Virus record (IMG/VR): IMGVR_UViG_2703718857_000002 | DNA length: 23,029 nucleotides | Source: a virus | Lineage: Duplodnaviria > Heunggongvirae > Uroviricota > Caudoviricetes | Reading direction: 5' to 3' (one strand) | In this document: positions 1 through 7,068 of the stretch, in pieces | Position numbering within the stretch: position 1 is the first letter of the stretch | Layout: every line of letters begins with the position of its first letter | Notes under the pieces: generated by a model | Told to the model about the DNA's origin: nothing | The model's database searches: none | Seen by the model: the letters and a program-made list of their open reading frames with translations, nothing else | Made by a program: the position numbers and the translations under genes

Positions 1-549
1 TCAGCTAGCTGGAAACTTTTTATACAGAGTTGAGAGCCCTACTCCATACGTTTTTGATACGCTTTGTCGTGATTCACCGGTTGCCATCCGCTCCCCCATT
101 TCCCGCCATTGCTCATCCGTGAACTTAGGCCTGCGACCACCAACTCGCCATTTTGCCCTGGCTACGGCCAGCCCTGCTAAGGTACGTTCGCTATTAAGAT
201 CAGATTCATATTGTGCTGCGGAAAGGATGTTACGAAAGTTATAGCGGCCGCTGGCTGTTTTGAGATCCACGCCATCGGTAATACTGCGGAAGTTGATACC
301 CTTTTCCTGTAACTGCTGGAACATCAACAGCGCATGCAGAACGTTGCGGCCTATCCTGTCCAGCTTCCAGACCACCAGTTCATCCCCCGGCTGCATAGTG
401 GCGATCAGCCGTTTTAGAACCGGCCGATTCGATTTCCTCCCGCTGGCATGCTCTTCAAAAATTTTCTCACAACCCGCTGACTTGAGCGCCGTTAGTTGCA
501 ATTCAGTGTCCTGGTGGTTTGTTGATACTCGGGCATAACCGTAAATCAT
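1..549 (-). CDS. Serine recombinase of the DNA-invertase (Hin/Gin/Cin/Pin) family, 182 aa
   Basis: Complete ORF: ATG at 549..547, stop TGA at 3..1. N-terminus MIYGYARVSTNHQD carries the catalytic-serine motif of small serine recombinases; C-terminal HTH (SVSKTYGVGLSTLYKKF). AGGAGAA Shine-Dalgarno lies within the upstream palindrome. Family assignment is from established knowledge of the family. Confidence 0.9.
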   Translation of the reverse strand: MIYGYARVSTNHQDTELQLTALKSAGCEKIFEEHASGRKSNRPVLKRLIATMQPGDELVVWKLDRIGRNVLHALLMFQQLQEKGINFRSITDGVDLKTASGRYNFRNILSAAQYESDLNSERTLAGLAVARAKWRVGGRRPKFTDEQWREMGERMATGESRQSVSKTYGVGLSTLYKKFPAS

Positions 550-554
550 GAGTG

Positions 555-581
555 CTTCTCCTGTTGTAAAAACAGGAGAAG
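555..581. promoter_or_regulatory. 27-bp perfect inverted repeat directly 5' of the invertase start codon
   Basis: Arms CTTCTCCTGTT and AACAGGAGAAG are exact reverse complements around a GTAAA centre. The arm nearest the gene contains the invertase Shine-Dalgarno. Function (operator, RBS-sequestering hairpin, or recombination site) is not determinable from sequence. Confidence 0.5.
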
Positions 582-740
582 AGGCGAAATATCACCTGAT
601 TCAGAAAAATATTTGAAAGGTTGGTTTGGGAGAAGCGGCAAAACGGGATGTGGGAACAGGGGAAAATCAGATACCGGATATGGCTTTTTTTGCCAGTGGT
701 GATGGATGGATGAAATTACCCAACGGTAAAATCCTGCAAT

Positions 741-977
741 ATGGTCGAGGTGCGGTTACGCCGCCGAGGTATCGATACAATTGTGTTATGTGGGATCTCG
801 ACCAATATCGGTGTTGAATCCACCGCCCGCAATGCCTGGGAACTTGGCTTTAATCTGGTGATTGCCGAAGACGCCTGTAGTGCCGCCAGCGCCGAGCAAC
901 ACAATAACAGCATTAATCATATCTACCCGCGCATCGCCCGTGTGCGTAGCGTGGAAGAGATCCTTCACGCGTTATGA
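741..977 (+). pseudogene. 3' fragment of an isochorismatase-family hydrolase gene (yecD-like), about 78 codons
   Basis: Translation ...[39 protein letters not shown]... matches the conserved Cys-containing core of isochorismatase-like hydrolases. In-frame homology begins only around nt 744 (stop in frame at 711..713); upstream sequence is in a different frame and unrelated, so the gene is 5'-truncated or frameshifted. Confidence 0.6.
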
Positions 978-1078
978 TTTACATCGGTCTGCCGCAATGG
1001 TCGCATCCTAAATGGGTGCGGTTGGGGATCACCAGCCTTGAAGAGTATGCCCGTCACTTTAACTGCGTGACGCGGTAA
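974..1078 (+). pseudogene. 5' fragment (34 codons) of a DUF72-family gene (yecE-like)
   Basis: ATG at 974 overlaps the TGA of the preceding fragment (ATGA), the arrangement expected for adjacent host genes. Translation [32 protein letters not shown] then terminates after 2 more codons; a full DUF72 protein is several-fold longer. Family identification is from memory and unverified. Confidence 0.5.
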
Positions 1079-1241
1079 ATTTAAAAATCGACAAATATCG
1101 TCCAGGAGCGCCATTTTTAATGGCTGGAGATAGCAACCAATATGCGTTGTTTGCAATATTTGGCGAATTTTACCGATTTCTCATGCCCCACCCATGCCCC
1201 AAGACACCTGCCACGCGAAATCTTCCATCAATTGACTGCAA

Positions 1242-1559
1242 CTAAACAACCGCATTGTCCTGGCGCACATCGCAGATAGTAAACGTCACGACGCCGATGA
1301 CAGTAACATCGTCCAGGGCTTCGCCCTCGATCGCTTCACCATCTTCAGTAATCAGTGACTTTCCTCTCAGCGTGGCAAGCTCCGTCCCGCCGCCGTGCTG
1401 TATAAGTAGTTGGCTACCCTGCTTTGGCTTCAGGGAGATATCCAGTACAACGTAACCACCAGATCGCTCGAAAACTAGCGTGTTTGGGCCGACATTGCAG
1501 ATCGAGTTAACAGACAACCTTTGCTCAACGTAGTCCGTCGCTGGTGAAGGGAATCCCAT
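1242..1559 (-). CDS. Hypothetical protein, 105 aa; distal gene of a LexA-box-controlled two-gene operon
   Basis: ATG at 1559..1557 overlaps the TAA of the upstream gene by 1 nt (TAATG); GGAGGG Shine-Dalgarno upstream. Translation MGFPSPATDYVEQRLSVNSICNV... with no family I can recognise. Confidence 0.55.
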   Translation of the reverse strand: MGFPSPATDYVEQRLSVNSICNVGPNTLVFERSGGYVVLDISLKPKQGSQLLIQHGGGTELATLRGKSLITEDGEAIEGEALDDVTVIGVVTFTICDVRQDNAVV

Positions 1560-1798
1560 TAGATCACCCTCCCCATGTTGGCCATCATCCACAAACGGTT
1601 TTCGCTATGGTCGGTGGTTTTGTCGACAAAGTACGTCTGCTCTCTAGATATCCACGCATTAGCCTCTGCGTCGGTAAAGTGCAGCCCACGCCGGCGCAGC
1701 GCTGACACAAAATCCTTTGTGTGCAGGTACTGGTAGCCTTTGGAGTTGCGCAATACCGACTCGCGGAAAGCCGCGGCGATGTCTGACTGTCGAAGCAT
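1559..1798 (-). CDS. Hypothetical protein, 79 aa; proximal gene of a LexA-box-controlled operon
   Basis: ATG at 1798..1796 preceded by GGAGGG at about -8; the GTG at 1819 used in the ORF track lies inside the LexA box and is less likely. Translation MLRQSDIAAAFRESVLRNSKGYQYLHTKDF...; no family recognised. Confidence 0.6.
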   Translation of the reverse strand: MLRQSDIAAAFRESVLRNSKGYQYLHTKDFVSALRRRGLHFTDAEANAWISREQTYFVDKTTDHSENRLWMMANMGRVI

Positions 1799-1816
1799 GA
1801 TCTGCCCTCCGATAAA

Positions 1817-1836
1817 CACTGTTTTTATATACAGTA
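1817..1836. promoter_or_regulatory. LexA (SOS) box CACTGTTTTTATATACAGTA
   Basis: CTGT-N8-ACAG with an AT-rich spacer; 17 of 20 positions match the enterobacterial consensus TACTGTATATATATACAGTA. Sits about 20 bp upstream of the 79-aa gene start, overlapping the likely -10 region. Confidence 0.7.
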
Positions 1837-1905
1837 GTTTTAAGTGAGCGGCAGATCAATGCTGGTTGTGGCTATCAATCCCTGCGTCAGTAGCAAACTA
1901 TTGTT

Positions 1906-2709
1906 TTAGCTATAGCGCCCATTAACCAGGTTGATGTCATCTGAAAGAATCTCTAAGGCATTTTTACTTGTTAGCGTCAGGTCATCTAATCGACCGCGAT
2001 ACACTCCACCATTCACCGAGAGTGATGTCGTTGTTATTTCAGCATCCCCCAGCCGCGCCAGAGTAATTGCTGCAGGATAAGCAACAATCGCTGAGAATGA
2101 GCTCTCATACTTCAGTACGCCATCAAGGTAGAGGCGCGATTTCTGCATTGTTCCATCAGAAGAAACTACGCGCTCAACAGCAACCTGGTGGACATTCCCA
2201 TCAAAAAGCCCTGACAGGAATGAGTACGCATTAATCACCTCTCCGTGGTTAATCACCTGCAATGCGCTCGCGGCAGTTGTTGAAGAGAATGTCGGGCGCA
2301 GCCAAAACAGCGTGTTCGCTGCGTTACTGGGTGTGCCATTTGTCAGAGCCACCAGGAATGAGTTGGAAGTAGCAGCAGCAGCACCTGTTACTTTCAGCCA
2401 GAACGTATACAGATAATTTGTCATCCCTGATGTGGCAATCATTGATGCCGGGAGATTAATTCCCTGCGCATGAACTGAGTTCAGTTCGTACCCATTACCA
2501 GCTGCTGTCAGATCAGAGTTAGCTGTCGCGTTGTCGTCGACATAGCACATGTTTTTGATTTGCGCACCAGCAACGAGGTCTGCCCCCGCGCCAGACCATG
2601 TGTTATGGAATGAAATTAACCCCTTCGTCCCACTATTAATCGAGCCATCACGATAAAGAATATCGCCAGTTGCGACAATTACATCATTTCGTTTCTCAAA
2701 CGGACCCAT
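1906..2709 (-). CDS. Lectin-like (concanavalin A / LamG-like) protein, 267 aa
   Basis: ATG at 2709..2707 lies 1 nt after the stop of the upstream 709-aa gene, indicating coupling. Motifs ...LFDGNVHQVAVERVVSSDGTMQKSRLYLDGVL... resemble the beta-sandwich core of LamG/ConA-like domains; domain call is by pattern only. Confidence 0.55.
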   Translation of the reverse strand: MGPFEKRNDVIVATGDILYRDGSINSGTKGLISFHNTWSGAGADLVAGAQIKNMCYVDDNATANSDLTAAGNGYELNSVHAQGINLPASMIATSGMTNYLYTFWLKVTGAAAATSNSFLVALTNGTPSNAANTLFWLRPTFSSTTAASALQVINHGEVINAYSFLSGLFDGNVHQVAVERVVSSDGTMQKSRLYLDGVLKYESSFSAIVAYPAAITLARLGDAEITTTSLSVNGGVYRGRLDDLTLTSKNALEILSDDINLVNGRYS

Positions 2710-2710
2710 T

Positions 2711-4840
2711 TTACACCCACCCTAATAATTGAAATTTCTGGTAAATAAATTCAGCGTTTACGTCCGCGCCAGCCTGCAATGCATATTCAGGGGCGTTAGA
2801 TGTTTCTTTCGATTGGCTAGGATGCAGTCCGTCATACTTCAATGAAGTTGGAGGGATATCATTTCCAAAGTCAGAAACGTCCTGAGAATATGCTGGATTA
2901 TAGTTGTTTACGAAGTTTTCTCTCATATCAACACTATCAATTTCGCACCATAACTCAGGGTATTTCTTTTTAATCATGCTGTTTGATAACATGACGTTTG
3001 CATAACCTGCTGATCCACGGGGCTCAACACTGCTGTTAAAATCAGGCAGGATAATAACCTTCTGCCCAAGAGATTTAAGGTATTCAACTACACCAATAGT
3101 GTCGCTGAGAACCTGCATTGACTGGCTAATATTATTCCTTCCCATCCAGAAAATATTTATACATTCAGGGTGAAGAGGGAAAGATGTTCCTGCCGGAATT
3201 CCTCCGGTAATAGCACCAGTGGTCACCGGATCGCAAATGAATGGCACGGCAACAGGCACGTTAACCGCATCACCAGATGCATCACGTGTGAATGTGGCAT
3301 TAGTTCCATCCCATGAAAAATTGCCTGGAATGCCAGCCAGAGAACCGTGGAACGGCGTCGATGCTGCGGCGTTGGCAAAATAACTCAGTGGCCCCGGGTT
3401 TGCCGGAGAAAGAGTTACCGAACCGCTGGCAGGAATGCTGCCGCCAACTGGAACGTAATACGCTCTGCGCCCACCCTGAGCAGCAGCTGTGCCAACGCTT
3501 GTGCGTGAGCTTTTGCCAAAGTTATAGGCCGTGTAGCCGGTTAGCTCCTGCAGGTGTGTCAGCATACGGGGGTTATCAACCATTGAATGGCCCCACCCGC
3601 AAATGATCGGCCTGGACATTACAGAGTGCTCAGTCAGATCATTGATATAGCAATAATACTGCCCACCCGGTGCGCGATTAGTCTCCCTGTCCGATTGCCA
3701 GATAACCTTATCACCATCAACGCGTGGCAAGGTTTCATTACTGGATGTATTGGTTACACGAACCTGCTGACCTGTATCGCGATCAAACAGGAAAATCTGC
3801 TCATAGCCTTCTTTCTCTTCGCTAAATGCAATGTAATCAGGCTGACCTGAATTTGTCAGGTCCGATGATTTCAGCGACTCGATAACAACCAGGTTTTCAG
3901 ATGTGGATGCAGAAATGTATCCACTATCTGCATACTCATCAGGTGAGAGAAACGTTACTGACTCTGGAAGAGGTGATAATGCGTCAGTAACACCCTTTAC
4001 CTCTGTAAAATCGCTTCCTTCAATTACCGCATCGCCAACAACAATTTTGCTAAAATAAATGGTGGTGCCTTTAATGCCAACAATAATTCTATTGTTTTCA
4101 GAAAAAGTTGCTGAGTCATACCCTGAATCCGAAAATTCAGATATATCGACAAAAGTCGAAGCCTGTAAAAAAGGAACGATTCCAAGAAGGCTCTGCCCGG
4201 AAATTAAAATGTCGTTTCCTGAAAGGATTTCAGCAGCGAATTGATCTGCGCTGATTTCCCCCGCTCTGATTTTTTGGAAAAACCACTCGACACCTTTCCT
4301 GGATAGTAGTATTTTTTTATTTTCATCTAGTATAGCCTCTTCCACCCCAGAATCTTTATATTCATCAGGAGGAAAGAACTCTGACGCCTGTGTTATATTT
4401 AACAAAGGAGAGTAGGGATCAATAGCATCATCTACATACTTCTTAGATGGCATTTTTCTACCGGTGGGCTCAAGAGTGCCACCATTGTTAATTACTTCAA
4501 TAGCCAGCGCGCTATCGTCAGGGCTGCGGTAATACGTGGTAGAACCCACCGGGATATTCGCTATATCCGCCTGCGCCGCTGCCAGCGTCATGTATTGCCG
4601 GCTGAGAGGGATCAGGTTTTGGCGGGCTTCATCAATAACAGCGTCGGTAGCAGCTGCCATTTTTTTAGTAGCCCCAATTATCGTATCCCGGGCGTTACCA
4701 AAACGATCTATAAAAGTATCGCTTTCGCTGTTCAGGAAATCATCGTACGCCAGGGCGTTATCATTCAGATCCTTCATGCTATTTGAAGGTCTTGGATTGC
4801 CGGTATTATATCTTTTGTCCATACCTGTTCCTGTCTTCAT
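2711..4840 (-). CDS. Large protein (about 709 aa) with internal beta-rich repeats and a C-terminal SGNH/GDSL-like hydrolase motif set; putative receptor-binding esterase
   Basis: Long ORF; preferred start ATG 4840 or 4822 (the latter has AGGAACAGG upstream), since the first ATG at 4891 has no RBS. Residues about 165-400 hold at least 4 repeats with recurring (S/P)xDEYxDSGY...SEN. The C-terminal half has GHSM, FGKSS, GRNN and DGLHP in the order of SGNH blocks I, II, III and V. No signal peptide. Confidence 0.6.
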   Translation of the reverse strand: MKTGTGMDKRYNTGNPRPSNSMKDLNDNALAYDDFLNSESDTFIDRFGNARDTIIGATKKMAAATDAVIDEARQNLIPLSRQYMTLAAAQADIANIPVGSTTYYRSPDDSALAIEVINNGGTLEPTGRKMPSKKYVDDAIDPYSPLLNITQASEFFPPDEYKDSGVEEAILDENKKILLSRKGVEWFFQKIRAGEISADQFAAEILSGNDILISGQSLLGIVPFLQASTFVDISEFSDSGYDSATFSENNRIIVGIKGTTIYFSKIVVGDAVIEGSDFTEVKGVTDALSPLPESVTFLSPDEYADSGYISASTSENLVVIESLKSSDLTNSGQPDYIAFSEEKEGYEQIFLFDRDTGQQVRVTNTSSNETLPRVDGDKVIWQSDRETNRAPGGQYYCYINDLTEHSVMSRPIICGWGHSMVDNPRMLTHLQELTGYTAYNFGKSSRTSVGTAAAQGGRRAYYVPVGGSIPASGSVTLSPANPGPLSYFANAAASTPFHGSLAGIPGNFSWDGTNATFTRDASGDAVNVPVAVPFICDPVTTGAITGGIPAGTSFPLHPECINIFWMGRNNISQSMQVLSDTIGVVEYLKSLGQKVIILPDFNSSVEPRGSAGYANVMLSNSMIKKKYPELWCEIDSVDMRENFVNNYNPAYSQDVSDFGNDIPPTSLKYDGLHPSQSKETSNAPEYALQAGADVNAEFIYQKFQLLGWV

Positions 4841-4862
4841 CTTTTCAATGAAGCAATTAAGA

Positions 4863-4891
4863 TTGACGACCCGCCCCTTCAGGGCTAACAT
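4863..4891 (+). promoter_or_regulatory. Candidate sigma70 promoter for the regulator/acyltransferase operon
   Basis: TTGACG (4863..4868), 17-bp spacer, TAACAT (4886..4891), about 30 bp upstream of the ATG at 4924. The spacer contains a small GCCC...GGGC inverted repeat. Read by eye, not scored. Confidence 0.35.
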
Positions 4892-4923
4892 CGCCTTACG
4901 TGTTTAAACGGTTAAGTAAGAGA

Positions 4924-5187
4924 ATGATTTTAATAAATAAATACACTCCTCCAACGCAGGAAGATTTAGCCAGACTGAAATCCGCAATAAACTACTCCGG
5001 AAACCAAATGGCAGGGCTCGCAGGTGTAGCCAGCGATAGCCAATGGCGGAAATACACTGGCGGAGAGAGCCCCAGGGTAATGTCAAGACACATACTGTTT
5101 TATATTGCAGCTCAGCTTGTTCTGTCTGATGAGCAACTTAACAATGTAATAAATAAAATGCGCGATATTGGCGCGGAGATAAAATAA
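4924..5187 (+). CDS. Small XRE-type helix-turn-helix protein, 87 aa; putative regulator of the downstream acyltransferase
   Basis: ATG at 4924 with AAGAG-type Shine-Dalgarno (the ORF track starts at GTG 4900). Segment ...GNQMAGLAGVASDSQWRKYTGGESPRVMSRHILFYIAAQL... fits an XRE-like HTH pattern. Its stop overlaps the acyltransferase ATG (TAATG). Confidence 0.55.
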   Translation: MILINKYTPPTQEDLARLKSAINYSGNQMAGLAGVASDSQWRKYTGGESPRVMSRHILFYIAAQLVLSDEQLNNVINKMRDIGAEIK

Positions 5188-6278
5188 TGCTTGGCCTAAT
5201 AAGGTTTTTTTTGGCATCGTGCGTCATTGCTTTTCACTTAACGGCTCGCATACCTGCACTTGGCAACTTTGCAGTGAATTGCTTCTATGTTATCAGTGGT
5301 TTTTTAATAACATACATTTTGCATGAAACATACAAGTTCAACTTCTCTATGTTTTGGAAAAATAGAATACTGAGGTTATTCCCGGCATATATATTTTTTC
5401 TCGTCATGGGCTTTCTTATTATAAAATTAATTCCATCCGCAAAGGAATTCCACTCAAACTGGACAGGCAATTTCTTACCTGGAGATTTATTAGGAAACCT
5501 CTTAATCTTCCCCTGGGCTTTCCTTTCTGATAATGCTGTAGCAAATCCATTCGGTGCCTTTTCATCCATTTATCACTTTGCTATTGATGGTAATAGATTC
5601 AGAATAGTCACATCATCATGGTCAGTGGGTGTTGAGATAACATGTTATTTTTTATTGTGGCTTTTCATAGCCCGAAATAAATTTACAGCCATTACGTCGA
5701 TTCTGCTTTCACTGCTTTATCATGCTTACGTATATGTAGTACACCATTCTTTTGATATGGCGTATTTCCCATTCCTTGCTGCAACACTTCCTTTTAGCAT
5801 GGGTTCTCTGGGTTATTTTGCCCATAGAAAGTTCAAAGCTATGTATCTTTCTCCACACAAAGCTTTTTTAATAACATTTATTTGCATCGGGATTTTTATT
5901 ACCAATTGGTATTTATATACAATTAATGCATTAGGTCAGTACAACATAATACTTTACTACACCAATAATGTAATAGCATTGTTTACAACCCTGGTATTAT
6001 TAAAAATAAAGACAAACATACATCTTGAGAAAATACTCAAGTGGTTTGGTGACCTGGCCTATCCAATTTTTCTTTGTCAATATTTTGGTGGATTTCTAGC
6101 ATGGCTTGCTATTGGTGGTGAAAATCGTGGCTTATCCATCTTTTTATTAGGCTACCCAATATCAATTGCACTTGGGATCGTTTGTGTAATATTAATAGAC
6201 AAGCCACTAATTAAAATTAGAGCAAAAATAAGGGCGGACGCTCAAAGCAAAAATAATCAGGAAAACTCTTCAAGGTAA
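5187..6278 (+). CDS. Acyltransferase family 3 (AT3) integral membrane protein, 363 aa; probable O-antigen/LPS O-acetyltransferase (Oac/OafA-like)
   Basis: N-terminal His in the first hydrophobic segment (...VIAFHLTARIPALG...) and the VNCFYVISGFLIT motif typical of AT3 acyltransferases; multiple hydrophobic segments throughout. Gene body is visibly AT-rich, roughly one-third G+C by eye. The LPS substrate is inferred from the prophage tail-fibre context. Confidence 0.8.
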   Translation: MLGLIRFFLASCVIAFHLTARIPALGNFAVNCFYVISGFLITYILHETYKFNFSMFWKNRILRLFPAYIFFLVMGFLIIKLIPSAKEFHSNWTGNFLPGDLLGNLLIFPWAFLSDNAVANPFGAFSSIYHFAIDGNRFRIVTSSWSVGVEITCYFLLWLFIARNKFTAITSILLSLLYHAYVYVVHHSFDMAYFPFLAATLPFSMGSLGYFAHRKFKAMYLSPHKAFLITFICIGIFITNWYLYTINALGQYNIILYYTNNVIALFTTLVLLKIKTNIHLEKILKWFGDLAYPIFLCQYFGGFLAWLAIGGENRGLSIFLLGYPISIALGIVCVILIDKPLIKIRAKIRADAQSKNNQENSSR

Positions 6279-7042
6279 ACTAAACCATTCGCTCCTTTTC
6301 CTGATGAATAGTTACCATTCCCCCCGGCACCACCTGAGCCGGGGAAACCGCCATCATCGCCAGAACTACCGAAGTGGCCATTGCCACCCGTTGATGAAAA
6401 TGCAGATCCTCCAGCCCCGCCAATAAAAGCATCAGAACCATAATACAGACCACCTTGAGATATTCCGCCAGTAATATTTAAAATGTTCCCGCCACTTCCG
6501 ATACCTCCAGCAGGAACTGTAGCCCCGCCACCACTCCCTCCAGTAGCTGAGATTAAACTCCCGAACCTTGTATCACCACCATTCCCACCTTTAGACGAGA
6601 CACCAGCAGCAACAGCACTGCCACCAGTACCTATCGTCACAGATATAGTTTCGTTATCAGAAATATTAAATAACCCTTCCGAAAATCCACCAGCACAACC
6701 TCCAGATGCGCCCACACTAACTGGAGCATTCTGGCCACCTCCCCCCGCTCCCCAAACTTTCACCCGCACTCTTTTCGTCCCTTTAGTTGGAGTGTAAGTC
6801 CCTGACTTAGTAAAGGTGACAATATTAAGCAGGCGACCGCCACCAATCGCTTTAAGAACCTGTGAATCATCATCAGGATCAAGCTCAAGCCCCGCGCCCT
6901 CAACAACGTTTACCAGCTCACGCTGAAAGGTATTCATCATCTCAGCATTAATTATTGTCGGTGAAATACCATTAGCGACATTACCATTAGTGTATTCACC
7001 ATTAGCATCAGCGGTGTCAGTTGTACTGCCAACTTTTCTCAT
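6257..7042 (-). CDS. Glycine-rich tail fibre protein, 261 aa
   Basis: ATG at 7042..7040 with AAGAAGG Shine-Dalgarno. Lies immediately downstream of the gp48-like gene, where Mu-type fibres sit. N-terminal region ...ISPTIINAEMMNTFQRELVNVVEGAGLELD... is followed by a GGxGG-rich low-complexity C-terminal half. Its 3' end overlaps the acyltransferase 3' end by 22 bp (convergent). Confidence 0.7.
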   Translation of the reverse strand: MRKVGSTTDTADANGEYTNGNVANGISPTIINAEMMNTFQRELVNVVEGAGLELDPDDDSQVLKAIGGGRLLNIVTFTKSGTYTPTKGTKRVRVKVWGAGGGGQNAPVSVGASGGCAGGFSEGLFNISDNETISVTIGTGGSAVAAGVSSKGGNGGDTRFGSLISATGGSGGGATVPAGGIGSGGNILNITGGISQGGLYYGSDAFIGGAGGSAFSSTGGNGHFGSSGDDGGFPGSGGAGGNGNYSSGKGANGLVYLEEFS

Positions 7043-7068
7043 ATAAACCTTCTTTTTAAATGTCTGAA

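Noticed and set aside
601-635. TTTGAAAGGTTGGTTT segment considered as a hix/gix-like crossover site for the invertase
   Set aside because: Only loose resemblance to the 26-bp Hin/Gin-family sites; half-site symmetry is poor and no partner site was found in the window.
626-817. 63-aa plus-strand ORF upstream of the isochorismatase fragment
   Set aside because: Likely a frame artefact at the decayed 5' end of the isochorismatase-like pseudogene; its translation has no recognisable features.
1101-1127. Imperfect hairpin (GCCATT-TTT-AATGGC core) downstream of the LexA-controlled operon, considered as its terminator
   Set aside because: Stem is short and AT-rich, and the minus-strand U-tract is separated from the stem; too weak to call.
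965-1156. 63-aa minus-strand ORF
   Set aside because: Antisense to the DUF72-like gene fragment and the adjacent non-coding junction; no support as a real gene.
1242-1798. Calling the LexA-controlled gene pair a toxin-antitoxin system
   Set aside because: Organisation (small coupled genes) is compatible, but neither protein shows a motif of a known toxin or antitoxin family, so the label would be unsupported.
6483-6797. Proline-rich 104-aa ORF on the plus strand
   Set aside because: It is the antisense reading of the glycine-rich tail fibre gene (GGN codons read as CCN); a low-complexity artefact with no start context.
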